The notes under the pieces: generated by a model | Seen by the model: the letters and a program-made list of their open reading frames with translations, nothing else | Database searches by the model: none | Told to the model about the DNA's origin: nothing | Translations under genes and position numbers: made by a program | From: Oculina patagonica | Lineage: Eukaryota | Direction of reading: 5' to 3' | DNA: 64,000 nt | NCBI RefSeq assembly: GCF_052425735.1 | Contig: NC_135759.1 | Location: forward strand, 17,608,001 to 17,672,000 | Part shown: one piece after another, positions 12,201 to 27,200 of the stretch | Position numbering within the stretch: position 1 is the first letter of the stretch | Layout: every line of letters begins with the position of its first letter

Positions 12201-15200
12201 ATTAAAAGAAATCCATGAAAAGTAAAAATAATTTATATTTCAAGATACGCGTTGGTGAACATAACATGGATCAACAGGAAGGGACCGAGCAGGATATAGC
12301 GGTGCAAAAAGTGTTCCTGCATCCTAAATGGGATATAAGGACAAAGAAAACACCTAGTGGAGTGAAGATTTCAACAACACACGATATTGCCTTGATACAG
12401 CTCAGCAGACCAGTCAAGTTTACTTCCAATGTCAAAAGCCTTTGTCTTGACAATGGACAACCTTTTAAAGCTGGTAAGAGATGTGCAAGTGTGTCAGATC
12501 TTCCTTACCCGATAGTCCCAAAGCACAAAACAGTAAAGTAACTACAAATTTCATTTTGCAAGATACTGAAAACAAATACCACAAGAAGTGTTTCTCAATA
12601 GATTTACTCTCTATCAACAAACATCAAAGTTAGCACCACTTTGTACAGCTAAAGGACCACATCAAAGTACTGGCCAACAGCTTTCATTTGAATGGTCACA
12701 CACTAGAGTTTAATACACAGACCTAAATGTAAGAACTGTAGACCATCTTGCGCAGCATAAAAAACAGTACATGTACCACATCAAAGTACTACTCAATAGC
12801 TTTCACCTGAATCATCTCACATTAGGGCTTCATCCACAGACAAAAGTAAGAACCTCCAAATACAGCATAATTAACAGTACCACATGAAAGTACTGCTCAG
12901 TAGTTTTTATTTGAATGGTCACACCCTAGGGTTTAATCCACAGACTCAAAAGTTTGAACCACCTTGTGCAACATAAACAGTACCACATGAAAGTACTGCT
13001 CAATAGTTTTTATTTGAGTGGTCACACACAAGGGCTTCATTTACAGACTAAAAAGATAAAACCACCATGTGCAGGTGAGCGTAATATAAAGGAATACCAT
13101 ATGAAAGTACCGGTTACTAGCTTTCATTCGAATGATCACTAGGTTTTTATCCACTGAATTTAAAGTTAGAACCACCATCTATAGCATAATAAAAGACCAC
13201 ATTTAAAAGCTGCTCAATTGCTTTATCGTGAAAGCTTTCAATAGTTTAAGCTTTAAACTAAGACAAAATCAAAGGCAACGAAGATCAAAAATTGTGATGC
13301 GTTCAAACATTGTAGGAAAAAGATTCACAGTTACATGTTGGCATAGAAAAGCCGACACAATACAAAATGAAGAGCACGATTGTTCTCTGAAAGAAAAGCC
13401 GCTAAAAGCTCTTTTCTACTGCTTTCGTGTAGGTACAATGTGTTACATTGCCGGTTGGGGAACTCAAAAGGTCAAAGGCCCTCCTACGAGAGTACTTCAT
13501 GAAGCTGCTTTACCAATGGTATCACACGGAGACTGCAACGCCCCCCAGTCATACAGCGGAGTTATCACAGAAAACATGATCTGTGCAGGGTACAAACAGG
13601 GGGGTGTGGACACTTGTGAAGGAGACAGTGGGGGTAAGTGCCAATGTGATTTAAAACTAGAGAGGTCACAAAGGGGAAAGTAGTTCTTACAATGAAGTTA
13701 ATATGTTTAATTAAAGAAAGTTCAAAATATTTGATTCTCATTGGCAAATCATTATCCACCGCTAAGAAGGTTTTTAGTGAGAATGTAGATCTGCCGCTTC
13801 TGAGCCTTTCATCAAATTTAGGCCATGCTCTAGATGCCTTAAATCCGTTTTACGCCACCTTCATCAGTATTCTTTGGTATCCACCATCCTTTCAGCTCAT
13901 TTTACTCCTTGTCCACAACTCAGTATTGCCTTAATCGCAATTCAGTCTTTTCTTGTCAAAAAGAAAAAACACTGCGTGGCGAACCTAAAGAGCTTTTGCG
14001 TAGGAAGCTGTCAGAACCTTTAATCTGACTACAAAACCTTTACGTGTCAGTGTCACGAGAACTCTTCTAAGTATTTTTTTTGTGTAAACTGTGCTAGAAC
14101 TCTGAGGGTGCACTCACTGATCAACAAAATAGCTTTCAAAACATAAAAGAAAGGCGTACATTCATTCTCCAAGATGTGAATAGACCGTAATCAATGGTTT
14201 TTATGTGATTTTCTTCCAAGAAACATTGTCAAACTTGAAAACGTTGGTCCGACTTTTTCAAATTTTAGGCCACTTTCTCCCTACCCATCCACAGCTACAC
14301 CACTTTTTAACAATCTTCATGACTAGTACACTTCGTTTTAGCAAGGCCAGGCCACTATAAGTGGATTTCCAATTAATACCAACACCTTCGCTGGATTTTC
14401 AAGTAGACTAAATCTTGAGACTAGGGAATAATTTTGTCACGGATTCACTGTTTTCTCTCTTTGCAGGCCCTCTGATGTGCAAGGGAGGGGAGGGTAGGTG
14501 GTATTTGACCGGAGTGGCATCGTTTGGTCACACAGGATGCGGTGTACCATACAAGTATGGTGTGTACACACGAGTTGTGAATCATCTGCAGTGGATTGCA
14601 CAGGTCACGGGAATGAACTTACAACAGCCGCCAGCTCAAGAAATACAACTGATTACAAAGAAATGACATAGAGCGGTCAAACCGGCTTGTAATTTTGTTT
14701 ACCACTGCTCTTCTTAGAAGTAAACGTTTTCTTACAAAACTCTTGCAGATTTTCCCTTCAAACTCTTACAAAAACGTTTTAGGGAGGCCCCCTCCTCAGG
14801 CGCTTTGCGCTTTCCGCGCTGCAATAACAAAACGAGCGCGACTGGTGACGAGAGCAAAGCGCGAGGGAAAAAGTGAAAGGCGTCTGGGTACGAGGCGGGT
14901 TCAGGGCGGCGAAAAGCGGAAGTGGCGTTGTATTTTTGCGTTTCACCGCTGTGAAGGAAGAGCTAACAAAAAGGAAGTAAAGTCGTACAAAGCGCACGGA
15001 AGGCAAAAACGAATCGTGCAATCGTCGCCACCAATTTTGGTTTAAGGCCACCTGAAGAAGATTACTACAACATTAACTTGCACACTTCTACCGACAAATG
15101 AATTTTTTTTAGAAAAACAACAACAACAGAAATCAAACTTTAACATTTGTTTCCCTTGTCATCATCCACAACACTGTTTCATTGTAAAGCTCTATAACTG

Positions 15201-18200
15201 GCCATTACTTTATTCCCCCATGCTCTGACTCGACGGATTATTGTACCGTATTTATTCGATTTAGTGCCCTGGGTGCTTATTAAATTTTTGGACCTCAAGA
15301 GTGTGTGCTTATTTGAGGTGGGCGCTTATTAAATTTTTACCATTTTTAGCAAGTAGTGCGCTTATTTTGCAAGAAAACAGTAAATGATTACAAAATGAAA
15401 AGATGTACCAAAGCTGAATTTTAACTGTTCATTGAAAGTTTCTGTAAATTATTATGAAAGCTCGCTCTTCGGAGAAGCTGGTCTACTTAGTCAATTTCAC
15501 TCCTCTCATTTTACTCCTCTCGTACACTTCTTTTTTAGGGGGTGAGGGTGGGCGCTTATTTGAGGTTGGGTGCTTAATCGAATATATACGGTATCTAGAC
15601 AAGTAAGAGCCATGTTAACCCCGAAAGTGGTCACGTTAACTTGACGTCATCAGAACACGTCCTGTTACTTAGCAACACATCTGCTGAAAATCGCGTGCTC
15701 AAACAATCGTCCGAAAAACGAAAAATTTTTCTCCCCTCAAAACTGGGAGACTTTTCAGTTCTAAAACTTCGGTCATGTCTGAGGCAAGAGACACTTCCGC
15801 CCGAATAAAGAGCTGCACAGGGAGCACAGAAACGAAAAATCAAGAAACTCACCAGATCCGCAAGAATGGAAGAAGAGTCTGCACACGGCCCGTCTGCCAG
15901 TGCAAGAAGACCTCCCTGATCTGTGGGAAAAAATACAAAAGGTCAAAAACGCCCAAAGATTAGAAGCTTTTCCAAAGGGGTTTTAATCCTGCCCTACGTT
16001 ACGAGAAGACTGCAACCGGTCAGATATTTTCCCAACATTAACTGAAAATGCGCCAATTCTGGGCTAAGGTACTTACCTTTTTCCCGACATATTTGAGACG
16101 ATAAACGGTACCACAACCCTCACCCCCACACACCCTTAAGCCCCTTTCCCATTCCCCTTCCCCCTTCCTTGTTGCTTTCAACCAAGAATCCTGTCTCGTG
16201 TACAGAAGCAACCTTCTGAAGCAAGATTGAATGACATAACACGTTTTTTGTGGTATTCAAAAAGAGTATTTAATTTGCGGGAGACTCGCGTTTGTCTCAA
16301 CTAGTTCTATCCAGGATTGTAGCTTTATCAAGTCCTTATGTACCGGCTCATTTACAAACTGAACTGAGGTTGGTGGGGGGGGGGGGGGGGGGGCACGTCA
16401 GCATGACTTAATACACATGTTGCTTAGAAAATCCACTGATTTACACTGCGAATGTTTCGGAAACCGAATCCAGAACGGAAACGAAAAAAAAAGTTATTTT
16501 CCCCTCAACTTGAACTAACCTTTGACAGTCTTGGCCATTTGTGACAGGCCTGTAATAGTGTTGGCTTGATCCAAGCTAAGAGCTACAACACTACTTAGTT
16601 TGTCTGTCACTCCACACTCTAAAATACTGCAGTGTTTTCTGTACAGGTCACTGCCAACTATGAAGCACTTTTCTCCAATCCTCTGGTTGAGTTTTTTCCA
16701 GCCTTCTCTGTCCTGAAAAAAATTGCATGCAACATAAAAATTGCATGTCAATCCTTTTCAAGGTCACTGATGTAACTGATTTTCCATCAGTTTTTTTTTA
16801 AAAAAAATTGGAACGCTGTCATTTCTTCAGTCAGGTCAACCAGCTGGAAATACCGCAATATGGCTGCGTTAGTTAACAGATACGGAATAAACATTAAACC
16901 CCCATCCCCTCTACTTCCAACCCCCATTATCCAATCATTGTGATAGAATGCTTTTCTTCCCGTATATTTGGTTTTCGAAAGGCATAAAAAAAATTAAATT
17001 ACCTTTATTTAGACACGGTAAGGATTAAAGCTATAAGCTTGTGGGGCCGTGTATTCCCGATCGAATTGGAATTTGGGAGTGTTGGTTTTTGTGGAGGGAG
17101 GAAAACTGGAGAACCCGGAGAAAAACCCTCGGAGCAAGGAAGAGAACCAACAACAAACTCACCCCACATATGACACCGGGCCGGAATTGAACCCGGGCCA
17201 CATTGGTGGGAAGCGAGCGCTCTCACCACTGCGCCATCCCTACTTCCCGATCTTGAAAGGAACTGGAACTGGAATTCCATTTGAAAGTGGAAAATATAGA
17301 AACTGCAGAAGACGGTATCCAGTATTCACGCATTCTAGAAAACTTTTCATCGAAATAAAGCGTTCCACTTAACCTTCCTTTCACTAGAAATATAGCTGAA
17401 TGAACGTGTTTCTAATTCGCTGGTTTGCTGGGTTTCCATAAAAATAAGTTTTGCACACAGAGTTTAAAGTAGCAAGGCAGCACGAGCATTATTTTTAAGC
17501 TCCCCGCTGTCTCAATCTTCTTTAAAAGGACTATGTCACAGATTTTTAAATAACAGGTTTTTGAACAGCTAAAATTTATATTTGTGTCGAAATAATGGTC
17601 TATTTTTATCCACAGTTGCCATTTTATAGCTTTTAAACTATTTAAAAGCGCGTTTGGCGGCGGATGGAAATGGATTGCAATTTTTAAATTGCAATCCAAA
17701 AATACGTTAACCAACGTTTTCAAGTTTTTTTCTGCGCACCTTCAAAAAATAGATATTTATATTTAATATATATATTTAAGGTTATATCTTCAGTAAAATG
17801 TTCAAAGATAATGTTTTCATGGGTAAAGTTGCCTACCACTTATTTCAGAACAGTTTAGGTCAAAAATCTGCGAAATCCCAGTGGCATAGCCCCTTTACCT
17901 CTAACCCGTCATGCTCCTTTTCGATTTATAAATATCTCTTTGGATGATTCTACTGCCTTAGTAAACCAGTATTTGGAGACTTCTTTTCATTTGAAAGTAA
18001 CTTTGTGTAAACGCATGTGTATACTAACCGGACTCCTGACGCCATCCACAATAGCTATAATTCCAGGATATCTCTCATGAAGTTCACAGTACAAGTTTAT
18101 CACATCATCCAGACTTTTAAAAGTGTTAGCCATTATCTCGTACTTCTGCTTCTCCTGTATAAGATAAAAGATATAAATTTTTTTTAGTTGAACTCGTGGA

Positions 18201-21200
18201 TTCGAGTTTGCGAAGATAGCTGGTGCCAATTGACTTACATTCGCACCCACGCACGCACACGCGCATGATCGCTCAACCACGCGCGCCATCGCTCAAACAC
18301 CATATTTTGGACTAACAAACCAGTATTCACGAAAGAGGAGGAGATTTCGCAGTGATATGTCAACGTAAGCAATTTAAAGGAAGCCTGAAAAAAAATTCAG
18401 GCTCCGACTTCCCAAGCTAAAATATAACTGTAAAGATCTCATATTCTTTCGTTCTTTCTAACGCAGTTCACATTTAGGTTTCATGCATTTCGTATAATTT
18501 ATTCATCATCACATAAACCATATTTGTTCTTAAATTATACCACATGTTATGACTCTTGCATACTGCACAATATTACTTACACAAATCTCTCATAGAACTG
18601 CTAAGTGAACATAAAGTTTTCGCAGCGCAGTGTTTACAGCTTTTAAAATGTTAAATCAACGTCTTTACACGTAGACAAACTAGAACAAACACAGTTTTAA
18701 TTCTTTTTTTTTTTTACACGCATACATGTTGTTAGTAAGGAGTGTTTAGATGGGGTAGCGCTCTTGAAGAAACAGTAACCTCGGCATTACAAACAAGAAA
18801 TAATATCTTCAACGCTTTCTGTCACTTATTTTACCTGGTCATAAAACTCAGAGGCTGCACAGTTGAGAGCGATTTGAACATCAGTACCCAGGCTATACCC
18901 ACAGGTAGACACAACATCTTGTACAAAATCCAGCGCCTGCTCTGGCTTGTCCATTGAAGGAGTGAAACTGCCATCATCATTTATGCACCGGCCAGACGGC
19001 TAACAACACAAACGTAAAATGGGTGTAAAACAAGGTAAAATCTACACACGGGGAAAAGGTATATCGGTATATAGCTATCGGTATATAAATGCGGTCTCCA
19101 AAGCAAAAACCAACTAGGTTCCCTTTCCAAGGAGTACCCCTTCGCTGTTAATGTTACTTACGTCCGGGTACACAGTCCAACATTGCACGCAAATATTATG
19201 CACAGTGGCTACATTGTTAAACATGTAATTTTTGTATCCACTCCTAAATCGTCGTGCGCAATGTTGCAAAATTAGAATCGGGTTCTACTTCTGCAGTATT
19301 GGGCGCAACAGTTACAATGTGTGTCCACCATCTGCAGCATTAAGCAAAATGGCTAAGCACAAGTAACAGCAATTTTCTGTCTTTTGACGATCCATTCTCT
19401 GTCTTCAGTCTGTGTTTCTACTGTTAGAGATTCTATATATGTCAGCATTAACTCTGGTAATTGCCATTAAAAATATCAACAATAAGATCAACCTTACCCC
19501 ATATTTTTGTGCCAGGGTGTCTGCCATCCGCTGATGTATGTTGGTAAATTGATGTATGACCTAAATAAAAAAGAAAAGGAAAACATTGCTTATCCTTATT
19601 TACCATGAAAACCATTAAGTAAGATATTCCAGCTTGGTAAAGTACAAACAAATCGGTGCCGCTCTTTCTTTCCTCAGACACACGAGAGCTGGCGCAAAAA
19701 TTCATAAACCTATCTTTCATTTTAGAAAATAACGTGAACTGAACGAGTTTCATGGGTTTTTGAACCTATCATGAAACGTCTTAGGAGATTCAATGGTAAT
19801 TTGGTTATTCAAGTTATCTTGAGAAACAGTTACAAAAACGATGCTATGAATTGGAACATCGAAAAACAATGAGAAAACGAAACAAAAATAAAAACAACAC
19901 CAAGAACAAATTCATTCATCTCTACCTTTTGCATGGGCGTTCCTGGTTTAGGTAAAATAAAGACTTCCTTAATAAGGTTCTGCTTCCCCGCAGCAAGCTT
20001 GCCACTCGTCAATAATGTCATCATGGGAATAGGGAGTGAAAAACTGTCATCTGTCTGTAATAGAAAGACTTGATGTAAGCAAAAGCTTTTCAATATATAG
20101 TAATATATAGTAGGACGATGTAATATCTATATCTAGGAATAGGAAAAGGGACGGAAATAAAGTCTGTGTTGATAACGATAAGGAAAGAATATGAGAAATC
20201 TTTAATCGATCATATAATGAAGAAATTAAGGTATAACCTTCGAAAACAGATGTCTCTGCCTCCACACGAGCTCATTTACATTATCCCTGCATGAGAGATG
20301 GTTTGAGATCCGAACGGCCAATCACATACACTACATAAATTTCTATAGTGCTACTTCGTCAGTATGGAATTTTCGGCTCGAATCTGAGACAGAGCTCTCC
20401 AGCAAATTAACTCAGTGATGACGAGGGACATTAAAAGAGCAATGTCAGGGTATATAAAGTCATTTTTCTGATTCCTTTCCAACTGAAGGAAACCTCAAAA
20501 TAATATTTTTCTAACATAGAAAAACAACCAAGAACCAAGAATGGTTCCGACTGATAAAGATTAAGACAAATTTGGAATGACAATTTTGAAAAACTTTGCC
20601 AATTTTTTCAAAATGTGTTGTCCGTGACGTAGCTCCTTTAATATATTCGGGCGATCACTACACGCAGTGAGTTTAATAAGTATTGTTCCAAAAGATTTGA
20701 CTTCATACTTAGCCTGCTGTATAGGTGTATTTTGGATGAGCGAGCGACCAAGCGAGTGGAAAAATGGACAAAAAAGGGAGTCAGGAGAAAGGAAAAGGAA
20801 AGGAAAAAGGAAAATACGTGATTTTTCCCTTTCTTTGCCGTCCCCCTCCTGCCCTCTTTCAATTCAAACGCTTGCCCACCAAAAACGCCTGCACTGCATG
20901 TAGGGAACATGAAAACTGACTTTAGGTGGTGTACCTTCCCTCCCAAAGAAAACACATGCGAAAGTGGTAGTAAAATGGCAAAAATACCTCTTTTCCAGAT
21001 AATTTTGCAAGATGCTCGTACAAAGAAACTCCCTTAATTTTTGCACCAGTGACAGCTGTTCCCATGGAAACAGCAATCATGGCACAGTCCCTGCAGAGCT
21101 CCTCTTCCTCCAGATCTGGTACAGCTTGTGCTAGTGAGTCCTTATTAGCAGCAGCGCCTTTTTTGCCGTCTGCTTTCTTGGCAGTTTCCTGTGATATGTG

Positions 21201-24200
21201 GGATTGTTTACTTTCTCCTCTGGAAACATTGGATTTCTTGCTTGTGTCTTGGTTGTCCTCAGCTTTCTCTAAGTCCAAACCTTCCTCAGTTTGAACTTCA
21301 ATGCCTTCACTGCTGTCAACTTTTAAAGCAGTCTTTTCTTGTTCTGCCAGTTTCCTAGAAGCCATATGCAAAAAAAAAAAGGTTAACTAGAGTTCCCACA
21401 GGTGCCAGAGCTTTTTTTTTCTTTTTTGCAGGAAAGACACCATTTGTGAGCGGCAATACCCGATTCCCTCTATAGCGTGCGCCTGCAGGGAATCACGGTA
21501 GTTGTATTCATCAAACCATGCACGAGACTTAGCAACGATGCGCGTTGCTAAGTCGGTTGTTTACCATTTACAAGAAATTTCGGAAAATTTCCGTTGGGAA
21601 TTTCCGATCGGGAAGAGCGCGTTCCATTTAGACGGGTCTCATTCGTTCACAGGCCCTCTCACAGGCCCTGTTCAATTTCTGTTGCTCCATCTATTCGTCC
21701 ACGAAAGATGTTTATACTCATGTTGATGATTCATGAAATCATAAAGTTCTTTGTTGAGGAAGAAAGTCTGATAAATTCAAAAGATGATGGGGAAATTAAA
21801 ATCCTAGCAGCTGCTACAACTTTCATGAGACGCGCTACCTGTGCCACAATAGTAACGCATTTTGAATGATCTTTGTTAGCATATTCGATTGATGAATTTA
21901 ATACACTTGCTCTGCCCAAAGAAAGCTTGGCTTCCGGCACAAATTCCACCTACCATTTATTGTGATGCAGTAAATTTTGTCGATCTGCAGCAAATTCTTT
22001 AGTAGAGCATTAGATTAAACCCTGAATATTCACCTGTGAAGAACTTAACTAAGACTGACCCGCCATTTTAGTTGAGGAGCCGTGAGACCCGGCTGTGAAA
22101 AAGGCTTGGGACTAGTGATAAAGACGAGAAATCTGTAAATGGAACACGAATTTCCATTGGGAAGTTTCCAACGGGAAAACGGGACTACCTTTTCAGGTTG
22201 TCCGTTTATTTCGGGAATTTTCCAGTGGGACTAACCGAAAAGTCGTGTTCCATTTACATCCCACCCGGAATTTCCGGAAATTTTTTGTAAATGGTAAACA
22301 ACCCGGGTCCCGTGCATGGTTTGATGAATACAACTACTGTGATTCCCTGCAGGCGCGCGCTATAGAGAGAATCGGGTATTGTGGCTTCACCACTCTATCA
22401 ACGATCGCGGCTTCGCTGCTCTTTGTCACCGCAAAAAAACCCTCTGGCACCCAGGGTAGGGGGGGGGGGGGATTAATACAAAAAAAACTTTCATGGGAGG
22501 GGCATAGTCATTTTCTGAAACAATACAATTTTGACACCTTACTAGACAGTATTATTAGAATCTTTTTCTCTTGAATCAGACAATTTTGTGGTAAGCTTGA
22601 AAAGGCTGCTTATGGGCTGCATTTATATCATTAATTGCAATGTAGATGAGAAAAAACAAACAATAACTAAAGGTGATTGCAAGATAATGGTTATTAATAT
22701 TATGTAGAGTTAAAGGCATGCAATGCGTGCAGATAGCTATTCCCTTTGCACACATTGCAGGCCTATCATACTAGTATTATAGGCATGCAATGCGTGTAGA
22801 GCACCTTGTAGATGCAGCTACTTTGCACACATTGCAGACCTTTCATACTAGTATAAAATTTATAGGAATGCAATGTGTGCAGAGGGCTATGTAGCTGAAG
22901 CCTTTGAACACATTGCAGCCCTATCATACTAGTATTTTAGCCATGCAATGTATGTAGAGGGTACTGTAGCTAAGACACACAGGGCTGATACTTATTATCT
23001 TAGATAGAATTTTCAGTATAAATCAAAAGGTAAGAAAAGGTAAGGAAACTTTATTTAACCAGGGGTGGCCCATTCAGCAATGAGGCTGGTGTCCATTGGG
23101 GCCCTCTGTCGAACATGTAGCATGTAAAACCCACAAGGGTTGTCACTAGTAAATCAGTGAAAGCCTCTTGGCCATGTGCCACATTGTTACACTTGTATGC
23201 AGAACATACATGTATGTAATACACTTGTATTACATCCATGCAACAGTTGATGAAAAAGTTCATTAACAACCTTGTTATTTTCAGATTAACGTCAACAGTT
23301 CAGATAGTTTTTTTCTGGATAGGGATGGTAGTGTTTAGAAATGAACTGAAATTTGACATTCTTAGACTGTTCACAGTCCTGGGGAGAGTGCAAAAAAACC
23401 GTGGGTGGGGAGGGGGGGGGGACTGAACGATCGATCTCTATGACTTCATGGAAAAATAGGGGACTGTGAACAGTCTATGACCTTCTAAGAATCAATTTCA
23501 CGTAATTTGAGACATATTAGAAAGCTCTTAATGTATTAAATAAATGTAATCCAATACACAAATCAATTCTCTTACAGTAAAACCTCATCCATGTTATTCT
23601 GATCAGTTGGGTCAGACCCGACAATAAGTGGTGCGATGACATCATCAATTCTCTCGATCATTTCATCCACTTCTAGTCCTTTAGCAACAGTCTCTGATTC
23701 TCCTATACTGCTTGCAACTGCAGCTTCTGTTGCTTTTTGCTGTTTAGGTTGATCTGGTGTCTTGGTTTTCATGTCAGGAGTTTTGACCTTGGCCCGCACA
23801 GAGTCTGGAGAAGGACTGGAATCCACTGGGGAAACAACACTTGCTACAGGCTGTAAAATAATAAATTTGTTACCTATATGATTTATGGTTTGTAGCTCAA
23901 ATTTGGTTTTGGTTTGAAATGCTAAGACCAAACCAAGAGTGTGTCCCGCTTGTGCAATTTATTTCTCGAGGAATCAATAAAGTGACCAGCTCATTGTTTT
24001 GCATGACTTGAAACTCAAAATTCTTAAGTCGAGACTTGAATCTCAAAATTTTTGAGTTTCGGGAATTAAGTCTTGAGTCTCAAGGATCATGGCTCAAGGG
24101 ACTGTCACCTTACTTTTGAGTGCTACTGTATTCACTTTTTTCAAGGTTGTGATAATGAAGCACCACAAAGAGGAAAATAAATCCATGCATGCCAAGCAGG

Positions 24201-27200
24201 CTCGCATGCATTAGCCACGAGAATGAATCAGTTTGGGGACTGCGCTGGTGACTAACCCTTACACAAGCCTGCTCACTGGCTAGGGAATTAATTGCAAACT
24301 GGTACGACTATCAATGGCCAAACTGCCCTACATGGGAAGCCACAAGCCATGCAGCCCACACTGCCGGAGCTTATTCCTGTTTCCGTAGCATTCAGCGGCT
24401 AGGAGTATTTTTTATTCCTCCCTGAATGGGATGCTAGTCCATCGCAGGGTTCCCCCCCCCCCCAGCATTATGTTGCCAGTACCCATTGATACACCTGGGT
24501 GGAGAGATGCACTATGAGAGTAAAGTGAACACAACACAGTGACCCCGGCTGGGGCTCGACTCGGACCGCTCGATCTGGGGTCTGGCGCACTAACCATTGG
24601 GCCACTGCACCTCCCACAAACTGGCCTACATGGCTGCAGATTATCCTGGGTTCCATAGTAGGCAGGATGGGGGGAGCTTATTCACACAAGGGGGTATTTT
24701 TGGGAAGGGCTTATGTAAATGTACCAGGGGGGGGGGGGACAGGCTTATTTTCAGATGAAAATGTGCATTTTTTTAAAAAAAAGTTAGGTTCTATTTGGGC
24801 GGAATACTGTGACTGAAATTGTTTGGTGCATACAAGAACACCACATAAGTAATAAAACTCTTTAAACATTATGACATGAAAACCAAAACAAGTCCTACAT
24901 TGTGCAGTCGCTCTGAGCATTCTCTAATACAAAACAAGCACTAGTTTATTTTCAGAATTTTATGAGACAGACAAATAAAACTTTACATGGAATGTGAGTT
25001 CACCTACTTATAAATCAGACCCATTTACCTTTGAGAGGCCATTTATTGTGCAGTCAAAACTAACTTCAAAGGTTGGGAACCCTCTGCTGCCAAGAATTTC
25101 TGTTGCTGAGACCTGAAAGTAATGAAATATTAATGTGTGGCTCACTGGAAATGGTGACTGGAAATTATGGGGGGAGGGGGAAGAGGGGGTTCATGGGAAA
25201 GCTCCTTTTCTAGACATGGAGAGTAAACATGAAAAGCAAGGCACAATTGATGAAGAACATTAAGATCATTAAGATCATTATCAACAGCTTAAATGTTTTT
25301 GAGTTTGCTACTGCGCTAACATCCCCAGCTTTGTTTCCAAAGACGTATGATCAATCTTTGTGGTGAGTTGAAACGGCGAATTTGACAGGAAAACTTGTTA
25401 GTTAGTTAATTTAAATTAGTCTTCATAATTTTTATTTTTAATTACAACACCATTTGGAATTTCCAAAGGGGAGAGAAATTCCTTAGGGATGGGAGGAGGG
25501 TGCAAACCAAAAAAACCTTGTGTGGACGGTACACTGTATCCATGGACAACACAATGTGTGACACAATTTTACCCTCAGAGAAGATTAAACCCAATAACAG
25601 AGCAAACTATTTTGTAACAAGTAAGTCAAACATATATATCAGAACAACCCTCCAAGTTTACTTTTTTCCTTAGTGGCCATTTGGCCACCAACTACTCAAG
25701 TTTTGGTCGCCAGTGAAAAATTTTAGTCACCAAATTAAGCTGATGCTTTCAATCATTCCTCTCAATTTTAGTCGCCAAGCTGGCGACCTTGGTTCAAATT
25801 AAGTCGCCAACTCCAAAATTTTAGTCGCCATGGCGACTAAAATGGTCTTAACTTGGAGGGTTGCAGAACCTAATGGGTTTAAACTTAGCCAACTGATACC
25901 AGCACATGGACAGCTCTTGGCATTACCTGTTTTACCCATGATCCCCTACAGTTATTGGACCTTTAAGGATTTGGAAAATATGGTCATGATTAAATTGGAG
26001 CTTAGAAATGAAAAGAGCTGTCAGTAGTATAATCTCCCTTATTTCTTTAGTAAAAATTTTGTGGTTAAAATTGGTTTTTGATTTGAAAATTTGTAAACAA
26101 CTGCAGATGAGAGTTATTTTTATTTCTCTTTTTCATAATTTATTATTGTAATACAAAACAAAGAAAAATCAAAATCAAACAAATTAAACTGCTTTAAAAA
26201 AAATTTCAAGCCTAAACAAATTTTGAACCAAAATTTAAAGAAATACCTTTGATATTGTTGGTACATGTGAACGCTTTCCAAAGTATTCTCCCTGCATGTA
26301 CAAGAATAAAAGTTCACAAATTAACTTGTCGTTTATTTAATCTTTAAATAATTTATTATGCTTTGGTAAAAACTAATACTTAGGGATTTCAAGCTTTCAA
26401 AGAGGAAAGATGAATGTATTGGAGGAAGGGGGGGGGGGGACTTAAGGTTTTCCTTTTAACATTAAAACCACAAATTCCAGCTGCATGTTCTATATGCAGT
26501 TGGAATTTTCATGTTATTATCCTAAGGCTTCCATTCCTACCAAAACTGCAAAATTCTTCTGTCATAAGAAATGCTTAGACTTTCCACTTAAACCTTAGCA
26601 TGAACTAACAGATGGTTCTAATACTATCATAGGTTAATCCCAAGCACATTATGTGAGCATGGTTGTGAAATAAAAAAGCATTTTCATTGTTTCCATTGAG
26701 TTATAGAAACATGAATTGGAAATTTGGGAGAATGAGAAATGCTGTGGGAACACAAGCTGCAGGAAAGTATTTCCACAGCTTTTGAAGTTCTCCCAAATAT
26801 GCACAAGTATTTCTATTACTCAATAGAAATGCAGGGAAAATGTTTTCAATTTCTTTTAGAAAACACTTTTAGAAATTAAATAGATCACTCATTTATTTTG
26901 ATTATCAAAACATAAATTCTCTTCTCTTGCATCACCATAACTGGACGTACACAAAACATAGACCCAGGTCCATGGTCCCTGTGGACCCGGTCCAAGAACT
27001 ACCTTGTGGACCCGGCCCACCACCCCTGTGTACAGCCGCCCCCCTCATCATCATGCACATTCCTGCACTATATATCAGTATTGGCCGTTCCGAGGTTGCG
27101 CAGGAACCTGGGGCGAGTTTCAAATTTCAAGTAATCGATAATCTGACACCACCACACGAAAGATCGCCATGAGGTTGGTGATTTGACCAAGTTTGATGCT

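Noticed and set aside
12575-13245. Regularly spaced repeats that might suggest a CRISPR array
   Set aside because: Whole units are homologous with no unique spacers; eukaryotic intron with no cas genes, so a minisatellite.
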